Assembly: GCA_016186365.1 (NCBI GenBank)
Contig: JACPLT010000001.1
Span: forward strand, 13,231-77,230
DNA from: Candidatus Pacearchaeota archaeon
GTDB lineage: Archaea > Nanobdellota > Nanobdellia > Pacearchaeales > GW2011-AR1
Direction of reading: 5' to 3'
Length of the DNA: 64,000 nucleotides
Within the stretch, counting starts at the first letter, position 1, and each line of letters opens with the position of its first letter. A program made the translations under genes and the position numbers. This document shows, in pieces, positions 1-8,967 of the stretch. The notes below the pieces were generated by a model, which saw nothing but the letters and a program-made list of their open reading frames with translations, ran no database searches and was not told the DNA's origin.

Positions 1-250
1 TTAGTTTTTCCATTTCGTTTATATCTAAAGCTAAAATCTCTTCAGGAGTAGAAGCAATCTGAAACAAATTATTAGATGCTTTTTCAGTATTTTTATCTTG
101 AGTTCTAAGAGAAAGAAGGCAGGAAATTAGTATTTTGAAAGCTTCAGAGTTGCTTACTCTTTGGTTCTGCTTCATCCTGTTTAAGGTAGTTCTCTCTGAA
201 AAAGCGAAATGCTTTTTCAGTATTTGCATTATTGATTCTATTTTTTCCAT
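1..250 (-). CDS. nth: Endonuclease III (HhH-GPD glycosylase), N-terminal part; runs off the window start
   Basis: Manual translation from ATG at 250: MEKIESIMQIL...AFKILISCLLSLRTQDKNTEKAS...TPEEIL, matching the Nth 'LISxLLSxRTxD' motif; not in the ORF track. Confidence 0.85.
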   Translation of the reverse strand, partial: MEKIESIMQILKKHFAFSERTTLNRMKQNQRVSNSEAFKILISCLLSLRTQDKNTEKASNNLFQIASTPEEILALDINEMEKL

Positions 251-292
251 AATCAGTTGTAAATAAAGAATTATCAAGATATATAAAAATTT

Positions 293-766
293 CTAAATCC
301 CTGAAAATTGATCTTTCCAGTGTTCTAATTCTTCTGAAGATATCTCTCTGTCTTCTTTTGAGATTTCTCCTGCAGCAGGAATTGATTCTTCTAAAGCTTT
401 TAGCTGCGCTTCCCATCCTCCAGGGCGATATGCCATAATTCTAAAATTCCCATATTTTTCATCTCTAATCCCGCATGAAATTTCCTCAGTATTTCCAAAG
501 TCGCTTTCTGCAAGAAACACTTTTTCAGGAGAGCCATCTACTTCATAAAGAACATGGATGTTCAATCCATCTCCCAAAAGATATGATAAAACACAACCTA
601 CATGCAATTTTTCAGAATGATAAGTAAATTCCTTAAAGTCAGAAGTATTAACTTTTTTTCCTAATTTTTGCGCCACGTTAATGCATCTTGCTATAAGCCC
701 AGATGCTGAAATTTGATTTCTAATCATTTCCACTTTTCTGATTAATTCTGATTGTTTCATATTCAA
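293..766 (-). CDS. Hypothetical protein
   Basis: 157-aa ORF with normal composition, no recognisable motif. Confidence 0.6.
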   Translation of the reverse strand: MNMKQSELIRKVEMIRNQISASGLIARCINVAQKLGKKVNTSDFKEFTYHSEKLHVGCVLSYLLGDGLNIHVLYEVDGSPEKVFLAESDFGNTEEISCGIRDEKYGNFRIMAYRPGGWEAQLKALEESIPAAGEISKEDREISSEELEHWKDQFSGI

Positions 767-827
767 TAGAACTTAAAATTGTTTATATACATTATTATAT
801 TACAGAATATATTTTAAATGACCCCGA

Positions 828-883
828 GGTTCAGAAAATTCTTAATTTTCTGACTGCTCAAAAATCTTTGATTTTTGACAGAT
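828..883. repeat. Double-hairpin element flanked by a 10-bp duplication of the tRNA 3' end
   Basis: tcagaaaatt-ctt-aattttctga and tcaaaaatc-ttt-gatttttga; atgaccccga at 818-827 and 884-893. Confidence 0.8.
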
Positions 884-884
884 A

Positions 885-959
885 TGACCCCGAAGGGATT
901 TGAACCCTCGACAACCGGATTAAGAGTCCGGTGCTCTAACCAGGCTGAGCTACGGAGCC
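885..959 (-). tRNA. tRNA-Lys(CTT), CCA not encoded
   Basis: Reverse complement GGCTCCGTAGCTCAGCCTGGTTAGAGCACCGGACTCTTAATCCGGTTGTCGAGGGTTCAAATCCCTTCGGGGTCA folds as a cloverleaf; anticodon stem CCGGA/TCCGG with CTT; T-loop GTTCAAATC. Confidence 0.95.
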
Positions 960-1108
960 GTAGCTCAGGAAATAATCATATATTTAAAAAGATGATGGAA
1001 CACTCTCTAAGGCTTCTTTCCAAGAATAAACTCTAGTTATATTAAGCGGGAAAGAAGTTGCTAGAAACTCCTAATAACATTTATAAATTGACTAAGACTT
1101 TAATATTT

Positions 1109-1546
1109 ATGAATATCTTTATTAGTATCTATGAAATTATTCTCCCTAATATTTGGATTTCTTATTTGTGTATTTTTGGATGGTTTATTTTGTTAATATA
1201 CTCTTTTTTGTTAGACATTAAAATATTAAGAGGCAGAGGTTTTATTAAAAAGAAGAATGGAAAATTTGAATCGCCTTTTCTTATGATTCCTAGATTTATT
1301 CTAATTGTTATACTCCATATTTTTTTATCAGTATTTTCTCTTCCAGCACTTGTAAAAATATTTGACTATAATTATTTTTGGATTCCTTGGGTGTTCATGC
1401 TCTTTTCTCAAATCTTATTGCACACTATTTTATTAGGCACTCCAAATCGGTCAATTTTAATGGGAGTTCATACGAGCAGGTTTTATATTCAAATTGAATT
1501 TGCAGATAAAATTGGAAGGAGATTAGATAGAATTTTTGGAAAATAA
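1109..1546 (+). CDS. Hypothetical membrane protein (about 4 TM)
   Basis: Hydrophobic stretches; ATG at 1109 follows a TTTATAAA box (ORF track starts at TTG 1058). Confidence 0.65.
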   Translation: MNIFISIYEIILPNIWISYLCIFGWFILLIYSFLLDIKILRGRGFIKKKNGKFESPFLMIPRFILIVILHIFLSVFSLPALVKIFDYNYFWIPWVFMLFSQILLHTILLGTPNRSILMGVHTSRFYIQIEFADKIGRRLDRIFGK

Positions 1547-1604
1547 CTTGTGGAGTGTTTTATAGTTTAAAAAGATTTATTAATTCCAAATATCTATAAA
1601 TATT

Positions 1605-1778
1605 ATGGCAATTCCTGCAAGAGAATTTTCTGAATATTGTGAAAGAGATAAACAAGACACGCAAAGAGAGTTACATAAACAAGCAGACAGAGAAGTAAAT
1701 GGCGACCCCGACTATTGGGCAGCATTCAGCGAAGAAATTGATGAACATCCTATTGGTGTTCCTAGAACAATGAGATAA
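1605..1778 (+). CDS. Small hypothetical protein (57 aa)
   Basis: MAIPAREFSEYCERDKQDTQRELHKQADREVNGDPDYWAAFSEEIDEHPIGVPRTMR; AT-rich TATA-like upstream; below the ORF-track cutoff. Confidence 0.55.
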   Translation: MAIPAREFSEYCERDKQDTQRELHKQADREVNGDPDYWAAFSEEIDEHPIGVPRTMR

Positions 1779-1820
1779 AATGGAAGATAAATTGCTTTTT
1801 TATTTGTATTCTCGTTAGAT

Positions 1821-2564
1821 TTAAATTTTGACTATTTTTTTCTGTATATCAGTTGTGATAATTAGCTTGTTTTCTCTTGAAATGTAAAAATTAATTTCAC
1901 TTCTCACTCCAAAATTGCCTTTTAAATAAATGCCTGGTTCAATAGTATACCCTAGATTTTTTATTAAAACCCCTAAATTTTTATGATGTAGGGATTTATA
2001 TCTTCCATGACAGGAAATCGTGCCTATTGCATGACCTGTTTTATGACAGATATTTTTCTCATAACCTTCAGAAATAATTATTGTTCTTGTTGACAAGTCT
2101 GCATTTTTAAGAGAAACAAGCTTTTTTCTCTTTAGGTTTGATTTAATTAAGTTTATGCAAGAATTTCTTGCCTTGATTATTGTATTAAATGCTTTGGACA
2201 TTTTTTCAGGTATTTTATCTCCATAATAAGCCATCCAAGTTATATCTGAAAATGGCGCATCTTTCTGTTTTAACTTACTCCAAATATCTATTAGAACTAA
2301 AGAATTAGGAGTTAGGAGCTTTGATTTCTTCTTTGGAAAGTAATGGGGAATTGCAGAATGTTCATTAAATGCGACAATTGGAGGATTTTTGTCAGGTTTT
2401 AAGTTTAATATATCAAATCTTTTTAAAATAAATTGCTGAACTTCAAATTCTGAAACATGGTTTTTATTTTTTCTTATAAAATTAAAAGTTTCTTCTTTAA
2501 TTTGATTTAGTTTCTTAGAGGCATTAACATGAAGATTGATTTGTTTCTTTTTTCTCAGAACTAT
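1821..2564 (-). CDS. M24 family (Xaa-Pro) aminopeptidase catalytic domain; non-canonical start or 5'-truncated
   Basis: Frame open from 2570: ...SAIPHY...VLIDIW...FSDITWM...HKTGHAIG...TIEPGIY...GVRSEIN, the pita-bread metal ligands. Confidence 0.8.
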   Translation of the reverse strand: MVLRKKKQINLHVNASKKLNQIKEETFNFIRKNKNHVSEFEVQQFILKRFDILNLKPDKNPPIVAFNEHSAIPHYFPKKKSKLLTPNSLVLIDIWSKLKQKDAPFSDITWMAYYGDKIPEKMSKAFNTIIKARNSCINLIKSNLKRKKLVSLKNADLSTRTIIISEGYEKNICHKTGHAIGTISCHGRYKSLHHKNLGVLIKNLGYTIEPGIYLKGNFGVRSEINFYISRENKLIITTDIQKKIVKI

Positions 2565-2592
2565 AAACTTCTAAGACTAATGATATGGTTAT

Positions 2593-2645
2593 TTTAAACA
2601 AGAGAGATAGATATATAATTTATTATCTATCTCTTTGTTTTAAAC
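2593..2645. repeat. Intergenic inverted repeat (hairpin)
   Basis: aaacaagagagatagata ... tatctatctctttgttt (one bulge). Confidence 0.55.
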
Positions 2646-2800
2646 CTACTTTATTTGTCTCAATTCTATAATTACTAGGGTATTAAGTTTTTGAGACAAA
2701 TAAAAATATAATTAATTAGATTAAGAATATAAGTAATTTTATTAATTATTTTAGGGCTGTTAGTAAATTTATCGTCTAATAATAACCACTAACTCAATGC

Positions 2801-4261
2801 TTATATTTCACTAAAAACTTCCTGTTCAGGATAGACAGTTATCCCATTATCAGAAATAGTAACAGCCACAATTTTCTTTTGATGATTCTCTCCCCTCATT
2901 TTCAAAACTTCTATTCCTTTTTCTCTTACATCTCCTCTCTTGAAATTATAAAATACAATTACTCCATCTGCCAAGAATTCTTCAACTCCTGTCTGTGAGA
3001 ATATTTTAGGAATTTGTTCAGTCTCTGTAATAAGTAAATTAGTTGAGCCAAGCTTTTCAAAAAATCTAAACAACTGCTCAATATAAATTCTATAGCTATC
3101 TTCTTTTCCAGTAAAAGCCGATGCAATAGCAGTAAGTGAATCAATAGCAACAAAATCAGGTTTAAAATCAGTAGGCATTATTACAGGATCAATATCAATT
3201 AATAGTTCCCCTTTTTGCTTAGCAAGAAGAGCATCAACATTTCTTGTAATATCAAAGGGATTCATTCTCTGAAGTTTTAACTTTCCTTTTTTTATTAATT
3301 CTTTTGGATTCCAACCAAATTCTTCCATATGCTCAATTAATCTGTCCTCACTTTCCTCAAAGCTCATATAATAGCATTTCTTGCCTTCATTTGCCTTATT
3401 AATAAGTGTTTGAAGGCAAAATATTGTTTTTCCACTTCCAGCACCACCTGCAACAAGCACACTACATCCCTTAGGAATTCCAAGACTAAATAAATCATCA
3501 AATCCAGGAACACCTGTTTTTACTCTTTCCTTTACAAACCTTGTATCTTTTTCATTCATATTCTGAATAACATGTAAAGCAGGAGCTCTTTGCTCTTTTA
3601 TCTCAGCTTCGTGAGGTTCAATCTTCCCACCCTTTAATTCAGCCTCAATTTCAGATTTTATAGAAGCCATGTCGAATTTAGTATTTTTTGCTTTACCTTT
3701 ATTTTCTTTTTTTTGCTTAGAAGCAGCAAACTCTGCGTACCTATGGTCCTCGATTCCAATATGATTTACAAGCCACTCTCCAAGAAATTTTCTTGCCTTA
3801 TCAACTAATTCTTTTATTTTTCCAGAAACAGGAGCTTTAGAAGAAAAAGCTAATTTTAATTCTTTTTCATAATTAATATAAAATTTAACAAAACTTCTAT
3901 GCATTTCCTTGTGCTCTTCAAGTCCAGGAAAATTAATTTTCTTCATATAGTTTTCTTCATAAGAAAAATTTTCTTTGACATAACTCTCAAAAAAACCCAT
4001 TATCTCTCTAACCAAAGCCAAACTAGCAAAAGATTCCTCTGCTTTAATTAATTTATTAATATATTCAAAAAGTCTTTTATGTTGATTATCAATTTTTTCC
4101 TCATGAACCGAAAGTTTAGAAGTCCAAACAAATTCTTTCCCGGGATTAATACTTATGTTTTTTTTAATATCTTGCTTTTTTAATTTAATAGAAATCTTAT
4201 CCTTTTCTTCCTTTTTTTTAGATTTCACCTCTGTCTTTTTCTTCACCATCTTTTTTACCAT
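2801..4261 (-). CDS. Hemerythrin-KaiC/RAD55-like ATPase fusion
   Basis: N-terminal IDNQHKRLF...ENFSYEENYM...EHKEMH...WLVNHIGIED; C-terminal RVKTGVPGFD, Walker A GGAGSGKT, SFEE, Walker B VAIDS, EEFLADGVI, KMRG. Confidence 0.88.
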   Translation of the reverse strand: MVKKMVKKKTEVKSKKKEEKDKISIKLKKQDIKKNISINPGKEFVWTSKLSVHEEKIDNQHKRLFEYINKLIKAEESFASLALVREIMGFFESYVKENFSYEENYMKKINFPGLEEHKEMHRSFVKFYINYEKELKLAFSSKAPVSGKIKELVDKARKFLGEWLVNHIGIEDHRYAEFAASKQKKENKGKAKNTKFDMASIKSEIEAELKGGKIEPHEAEIKEQRAPALHVIQNMNEKDTRFVKERVKTGVPGFDDLFSLGIPKGCSVLVAGGAGSGKTIFCLQTLINKANEGKKCYYMSFEESEDRLIEHMEEFGWNPKELIKKGKLKLQRMNPFDITRNVDALLAKQKGELLIDIDPVIMPTDFKPDFVAIDSLTAIASAFTGKEDSYRIYIEQLFRFFEKLGSTNLLITETEQIPKIFSQTGVEEFLADGVIVFYNFKRGDVREKGIEVLKMRGENHQKKIVAVTISDNGITVYPEQEVFSEI

Positions 4262-4300
4262 CTTAATTAATCAAAGAAAACCTTATATTTAAACCTTATT

Positions 4301-4843
4301 TTACTTTTCTTCAATCACCCTATCACAAAACTGAGAAAGCCTGGAAATCATTTCATCATCAGTTTCTTTTTCTAAAGAAATTATTGTTCCCGAGCAATTC
4401 CATTCTTTCATCTTATTTATAAGAAAATGAGAAAACTTTGTTACACTTCCAGTATTATTATAAAAAATTAAAGTTGAGATAGAATCTAAGAATAATAGTC
4501 TATTGTCAGCAGGCAAGCTATTTACTGCACTTGTAGCTGCTATTGAAATATCTGTTAATCCTCGAGGACTTCCTATAAAAATCGCATTTTCCGCTTTTTG
4601 TGTTTTAAAAGACGCAGGGGTTATAGCGTCTATAAAAAAAACATTTTTTGTGTTTATCCTTTCTTGCTGTAAAAGTTTCATCAAAGCCGCATAAGGTTTA
4701 TTTACACTAATATAAACACAATTGTATTTTTTATTATTAATATAATATTTCAGAATTGCGAGATTTGTAATGACATACTTCTTAGCAGAAGTAATAACCA
4801 AAGAAATTTCCCCCTCTTTTAATTCAGAAAATTTTATTACCAT
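4301..4843 (-). CDS. Degenerate (inactive) KaiC/RecA-fold protein
   Basis: YISVNKP, FFIDAI, SPRGLTDIS, LFLDSISTL, FCDRVIE; Walker B-like motif kept, no Walker A. Confidence 0.75.
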   Translation of the reverse strand: MVIKFSELKEGEISLVITSAKKYVITNLAILKYYINNKKYNCVYISVNKPYAALMKLLQQERINTKNVFFIDAITPASFKTQKAENAIFIGSPRGLTDISIAATSAVNSLPADNRLLFLDSISTLIFYNNTGSVTKFSHFLINKMKEWNCSGTIISLEKETDDEMISRLSQFCDRVIEEK

Positions 4844-5664
4844 TAATACTTACCAACTTTTCTGTTATTTTTAAACTTTGATTCCACTAAAGAGCTTAAT
4901 GATGCATGCGAACTTTGAAGAAGAATATTAAATGCATTTGCCAACTCCCCGATCTCATCTTTTGATTTTTTTAATTTGGTAGGAATCTTTACATCAATAT
5001 TTCCAGAGCCGATATCTTCTGCTATTTCTGTAAGTTTATTGATTGGATTTATCACTCTTAAAAAGAGAATAGAAAGAGCGATTATAACAATCAATAGTTC
5101 CAGCCCAATCACCAAAAATGTAGTGTTTGAGACAGAGCTCAAAATCGCATTGTCCTCTTCTTTTAATATTTCCGAATGCTTGCTGTCAAGGTTCAAAGAA
5201 ATAGTTGAGCTTTCAAAAACATCATCAAAAAGACTATCTGTAGGTATACCTGATTTTCCAGAAAAGTAATCACCCAAAGCGACTGATAAACTTTGAGCAT
5301 CTGATAAAGTTTTCTTGTGTGCACTAAGTTCTTCTGAAATCTCAGTTTGTGTTCTTTTTGACTCTCCATTCTCTATCTCAGAAACAATTTCGCCAAACCT
5401 CAGCACATTATCATTATAGAAAGTATAAAGCTCTTGGTTATGAATAAGGGGGGTATTATTCTCATTTAAATCTGCCTGGAGATGCGCAGAAAGTCCTCTG
5501 ATATTTGCTTCTATCAACACGGCATCGATATTACTTCTTAGAGCAATGTTAATATTCTTCATTGAAGAATTATTCTTCAAAACAAACACAGTTTGAACTG
5601 AAAAAAACACAATAAAAACAATTGATATAACAATAAAGATATTTCTCAATTTCATCTCAAGCAA
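4843..5664 (-). CDS. Two-TM sensor with HAMP domain, no output domain
   Basis: TM-extracellular-TM then INPINKLTEIAEDIGSGN...DEIGELANAFN; ends about 25 aa later. Confidence 0.8.
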   Translation of the reverse strand: MLEMKLRNIFIVISIVFIVFFSVQTVFVLKNNSSMKNINIALRSNIDAVLIEANIRGLSAHLQADLNENNTPLIHNQELYTFYNDNVLRFGEIVSEIENGESKRTQTEISEELSAHKKTLSDAQSLSVALGDYFSGKSGIPTDSLFDDVFESSTISLNLDSKHSEILKEEDNAILSSVSNTTFLVIGLELLIVIIALSILFLRVINPINKLTEIAEDIGSGNIDVKIPTKLKKSKDEIGELANAFNILLQSSHASLSSLVESKFKNNRKVGKY

Positions 5665-5737
5665 TTCCCCCTATTTTTTTCACTTTCTTTTTCATGTTTA
5701 ATATAATAAATCTACTTATTTAAATGCATCTAATCTT

Positions 5738-6262
5738 TGAGCTGTAAAGTTAAAGGGAGCTAAAAGTCGGTTTGTAGGATTAAGCCATTTAGAAAAATTT
5801 ATAATTAAAGTTCGATTTACTTTAATATGAAAAAGGGAACATTTCACAATAAATGGTATTTTCGATTGCTTCAAGTAATATTTTTGGGATTTTTCATATT
5901 CTTTATAATTGTAGGTATTCGGGGTATTTTTTACAGAGAGGGTGAGCCATTTGTTGGATTCATCTTCGCAGGCATTTTAGCTATCGTGTACTGGCTAATC
6001 ATGAGAAATAAAGGCTCAATGGGTGGTTTTGTTTTTGGTGTGATGGTGGGTCTTCTTTTATTATTTATAATATCTAAACTTAATCCGGGGGACGAAATAG
6101 CTGGAATAGTGATATTTACCTTATTATTGAGTGGATTATTTTTTGCATTTATAGGTTACTTGATTCAAAATAATTCTTGGAAGAAAAACAAGTAGCTCGT
6201 TAGAAAAGGTTACCTTTTTGGCCTATTTATTTATACCAAACACCCGCTTACTTTACAGCTCA
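5738..6262. mobile_element. Non-autonomous TIR element (525 bp) carrying a passenger gene
   Basis: 13-bp perfect TIR tgagctgtaaagt/actttacagctca; 8-bp TSD ctaatctt at 5730-5737 and 6263-6270; no transposase. Confidence 0.85.
5827..6195 (+). CDS. Small 4-TM membrane protein (passenger of the TIR element)
   Basis: 122 aa, four hydrophobic helices, opposite strand to the surrounding operon. Confidence 0.75.
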   Translation: MKKGTFHNKWYFRLLQVIFLGFFIFFIIVGIRGIFYREGEPFVGFIFAGILAIVYWLIMRNKGSMGGFVFGVMVGLLLLFIISKLNPGDEIAGIVIFTLLLSGLFFAFIGYLIQNNSWKKNK

Positions 6263-6292
6263 CTAATCTTGATTCAAAACATCATCTCAATA

Positions 6293-7858
6293 TTATTTAT
6301 TTTTTTTCTTTGTTCCCTTAACAAGTTTATCAACAACATCTTTAGCTTCATAGTTCTTAGAAATTGAAGTTAGATTTTCCTTAGATATCTCTCGTATGAA
6401 AGCAAAACCCCCGATTATATTTCCTTTTATATCTTTAATAGGAGACGCTCTGATAACTACTTTTATTTCTTTTCCATTTTTTTTAATAATTGTTATTTCA
6501 AACTCTGATGCCTTACCAGATAGGGAAGTTCTAATACCTGTTTCTGCAAGTTTCAAATCTTTTTTAGCAGTAATATCTGCAGGACTTTTCTTCATTAATT
6601 CTTCTTTATTGCTATATCCAAGAATTTTTACCATAGCTTGATTCACATCTTTTGTATTTCCATTTAAGTCTATTACCCATAATCCCTCGCCCATAGAAGC
6701 AAGAATCTCTTTATTAAATTGTTCAGTTTCCTCTTTCGCTTTTATTATTTCTCCTAATCCAATATCCTCTTTAGAAATTCCTGTCCTTAAAATAGCAAGT
6801 TTCATTGAAGCTAGAATTCTATTAAATGAATCTATCAATAATTGAACTTCATCTATTGTGCTTTTTCCAAGCTGAACATCTAAATTTCCTTTTGTTATTG
6901 AAACAACGTCTGCTGATAGCTTTTCAATCGAATTTGTAATTCCTTTTGAGAAAACCAATATTAAACCAACCATAATTAAAATGCTTATTATTATAGAATA
7001 CACCATAACCATTAAAATATTACGCTGAATCTTAAACACTTTATTTGATGGTTCAAGATAAACAATCACACCATAATCCAACTTCTTAAAACTCACAACA
7101 TCACTTTCAAATATAAATGTTTCAGATAGTATATTATTTTTAATTTTATTATTTATTAACTCAATAAGTTTATCATGTTTTTCAGCAGGATTAGATTTGT
7201 CTAAATTATTTCTCGTATCTATAGTGAGATTTCCTTCTCTGTCTAGAAAGAGAGTATGACTTTCTTTATCTGAATCAATAAGTCCATTAAAGAGGGAATT
7301 GAGCGAGATAGAAGATAGAACAAACCCCTCCATTCTGTTTTGAGAGAAGATTGGCACATTAACTGTTATAGCAGGTTTATTATCCACTAAGCTTATGAAA
7401 GAAGCAGAGACATATGGCTTTTGAGTTTTTAAAATTCCCTTGCAATAATCCCTATAAGTAAAATTAAGGTTTTTTAAATTAGGTATTGAATTAGTAACTC
7501 TTTTGTCAGCAACAATTACCTTGCAATTCTCATCCATTATAGACATAGTTTGGAATAAATTACTTGATCCGACTATTACATCAAACTCCTGACTTATATC
7601 ATTCAAAGTTTCATTATCCGGATTAATCGTGACTTTGATGTATTTTTCATCGTTTGCAAGATTTTGAAGCCTGCCCATAACTGTATCAAGATACACTTCA
7701 ACTATTTTAGATTTAGTTTCTATAATCTTTTGAGCTACAACATTTTGACTTTCTACAACAATCTTCTTTGTTATAATCCCCACAGATATAACCAGAAACA
7801 GTGAAACTAAGAGGAGTGAAAGTATGATTATTATCATCAATTTTATCCTTAATTTCAT
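6293..7858 (-). CDS. Cache-HAMP-PAS sensor without a kinase or MCP domain
   Basis: TM, dCache-like (NFTYRDYCK, PYVSASFIS, AITVNVPI), TM, HAMP (ITNSIEKL...DEVQLLIDSFN), PAS (GLWVIDLNG...VNQAMVKILGYS...IKKNGKEI...SPIKDIKGNIIG). Confidence 0.85.
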   Translation of the reverse strand: MKLRIKLMIIIILSLLLVSLFLVISVGIITKKIVVESQNVVAQKIIETKSKIVEVYLDTVMGRLQNLANDEKYIKVTINPDNETLNDISQEFDVIVGSSNLFQTMSIMDENCKVIVADKRVTNSIPNLKNLNFTYRDYCKGILKTQKPYVSASFISLVDNKPAITVNVPIFSQNRMEGFVLSSISLNSLFNGLIDSDKESHTLFLDREGNLTIDTRNNLDKSNPAEKHDKLIELINNKIKNNILSETFIFESDVVSFKKLDYGVIVYLEPSNKVFKIQRNILMVMVYSIIISILIMVGLILVFSKGITNSIEKLSADVVSITKGNLDVQLGKSTIDEVQLLIDSFNRILASMKLAILRTGISKEDIGLGEIIKAKEETEQFNKEILASMGEGLWVIDLNGNTKDVNQAMVKILGYSNKEELMKKSPADITAKKDLKLAETGIRTSLSGKASEFEITIIKKNGKEIKVVIRASPIKDIKGNIIGGFAFIREISKENLTSISKNYEAKDVVDKLVKGTKKKNK

Positions 7859-8502
7859 ACTTCATCTCCTCCAATAATATAAAGGGCAATTCCTACTAAA
7901 ACAAAAAGAATAGAAGCATTTAATGCTAGAGCCTTACTAAAACCTTCAAAAGAATAATAAAGAAAGGGCTGACTGATAGCATATCCAATAAGAGCAATCG
8001 CGGAGATTACTACAACAATTACTCCCAACATTCTAATCGCTTTAGATTTTAAAGGGAAAAACCATAGAAAACCCGCAATTCCTATTAAAATAAAGTTAAT
8101 AATCGCTCCAATTGAAGGCATTCCTGGAGAGACAGTTTTTACCGCTCCAGATGCCTCATTTATAAAAGTATTTTCAATTCCAAGACTAATTCCTAAAAAA
8201 GAAGATATAAGCAAAAGCCCCATGATTAAAATTATCAACGTTAAACCAATCAGAACAATAACATTATTCAAATCCATATTCCCAGAAATCTTTAACATAA
8301 ACAAAAGCATTATCCCGGAAAATAAGAAAGAAACTGCTGCCAAAAACCTCATCTCAACCATTCCAGGAAAAAAGCTTTTTAAGATTGGAATGTTAAAAAT
8401 CCATCCAAAAATAACAACTACAGCACTTATTATAACAATTCCTGCAATTATTCTTACAGCAAGCTGTTTATTGTTTGATTGTTTATTTATTTTTTCACCC
8501 AT
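7855..8502 (-). CDS. 6-TM integral membrane sensor-like protein
   Basis: GWIFNIPILKS...M...A..F and LIGY...LY...ALN motifs resemble membrane sensor segments of histidine kinases; stop overlaps the start of the next gene. Confidence 0.65.
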   Translation of the reverse strand: MGEKINKQSNNKQLAVRIIAGIVIISAVVVIFGWIFNIPILKSFFPGMVEMRFLAAVSFLFSGIMLLFMLKISGNMDLNNVIVLIGLTLIILIMGLLLISSFLGISLGIENTFINEASGAVKTVSPGMPSIGAIINFILIGIAGFLWFFPLKSKAIRMLGVIVVVISAIALIGYAISQPFLYYSFEGFSKALALNASILFVLVGIALYIIGGDEV

Positions 8503-8517
8503 TTTTCACCTGTTTTA

Positions 8518-8937
8518 TCATTTTCTTTCTCCCAAAACTCTTTTTATTTCATCGGTAAATTTTTTGTAATCTAAGGGCTTCTGTATAAATCCATCCACTA
8601 AAAATAATTTTTCAATTTCATTTTTAGGAACAATTGTGCAAAAAAGCATTTTAGGGCTTCCCTTTGCATCTTTTTTCATTAATTCTGCAGTCTCTTCACC
8701 ATTTAAGCCAGGCATCATGATATCTAAAATAACCAAATCATAATTTATAGTCTTTGCAAGAATAACTGCCTTTCTTGAATCTTGTTCTGCTGTTGCTTCA
8801 TAACCCTCTCTCTCAACTATATTTTTCATTGTAGTTAAAACATCTGCTTCATCATCAACAATAAGAATCTTTATTTTTGACTTTCTTTCTCCCATTTTCA
8901 TTTCTTTTACTGATAAACCTCTTTTTTTCTTCATCAT
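8518..8937 (-). CDS. Stand-alone response regulator receiver
   Basis: ILIVDDE, ILDIMMPG, CT, IQKP. Confidence 0.92.
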   Translation of the reverse strand: MMKKKRGLSVKEMKMGERKSKIKILIVDDEADVLTTMKNIVEREGYEATAEQDSRKAVILAKTINYDLVILDIMMPGLNGEETAELMKKDAKGSPKMLFCTIVPKNEIEKLFLVDGFIQKPLDYKKFTDEIKRVLGERK

Positions 8938-8967
8938 TTTATTTTATTAACCCTCTTTCTTTTAAAT

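Noticed and set aside
144-416. 90-aa ORF in the track
   Set aside because: Alternative frame overlapping nth (1-250) and ORF 293-766
2801-4261. Circadian clock (kaiABC)
   Set aside because: Single ATPase domain, no KaiA or KaiB in the window; only KaiC-like
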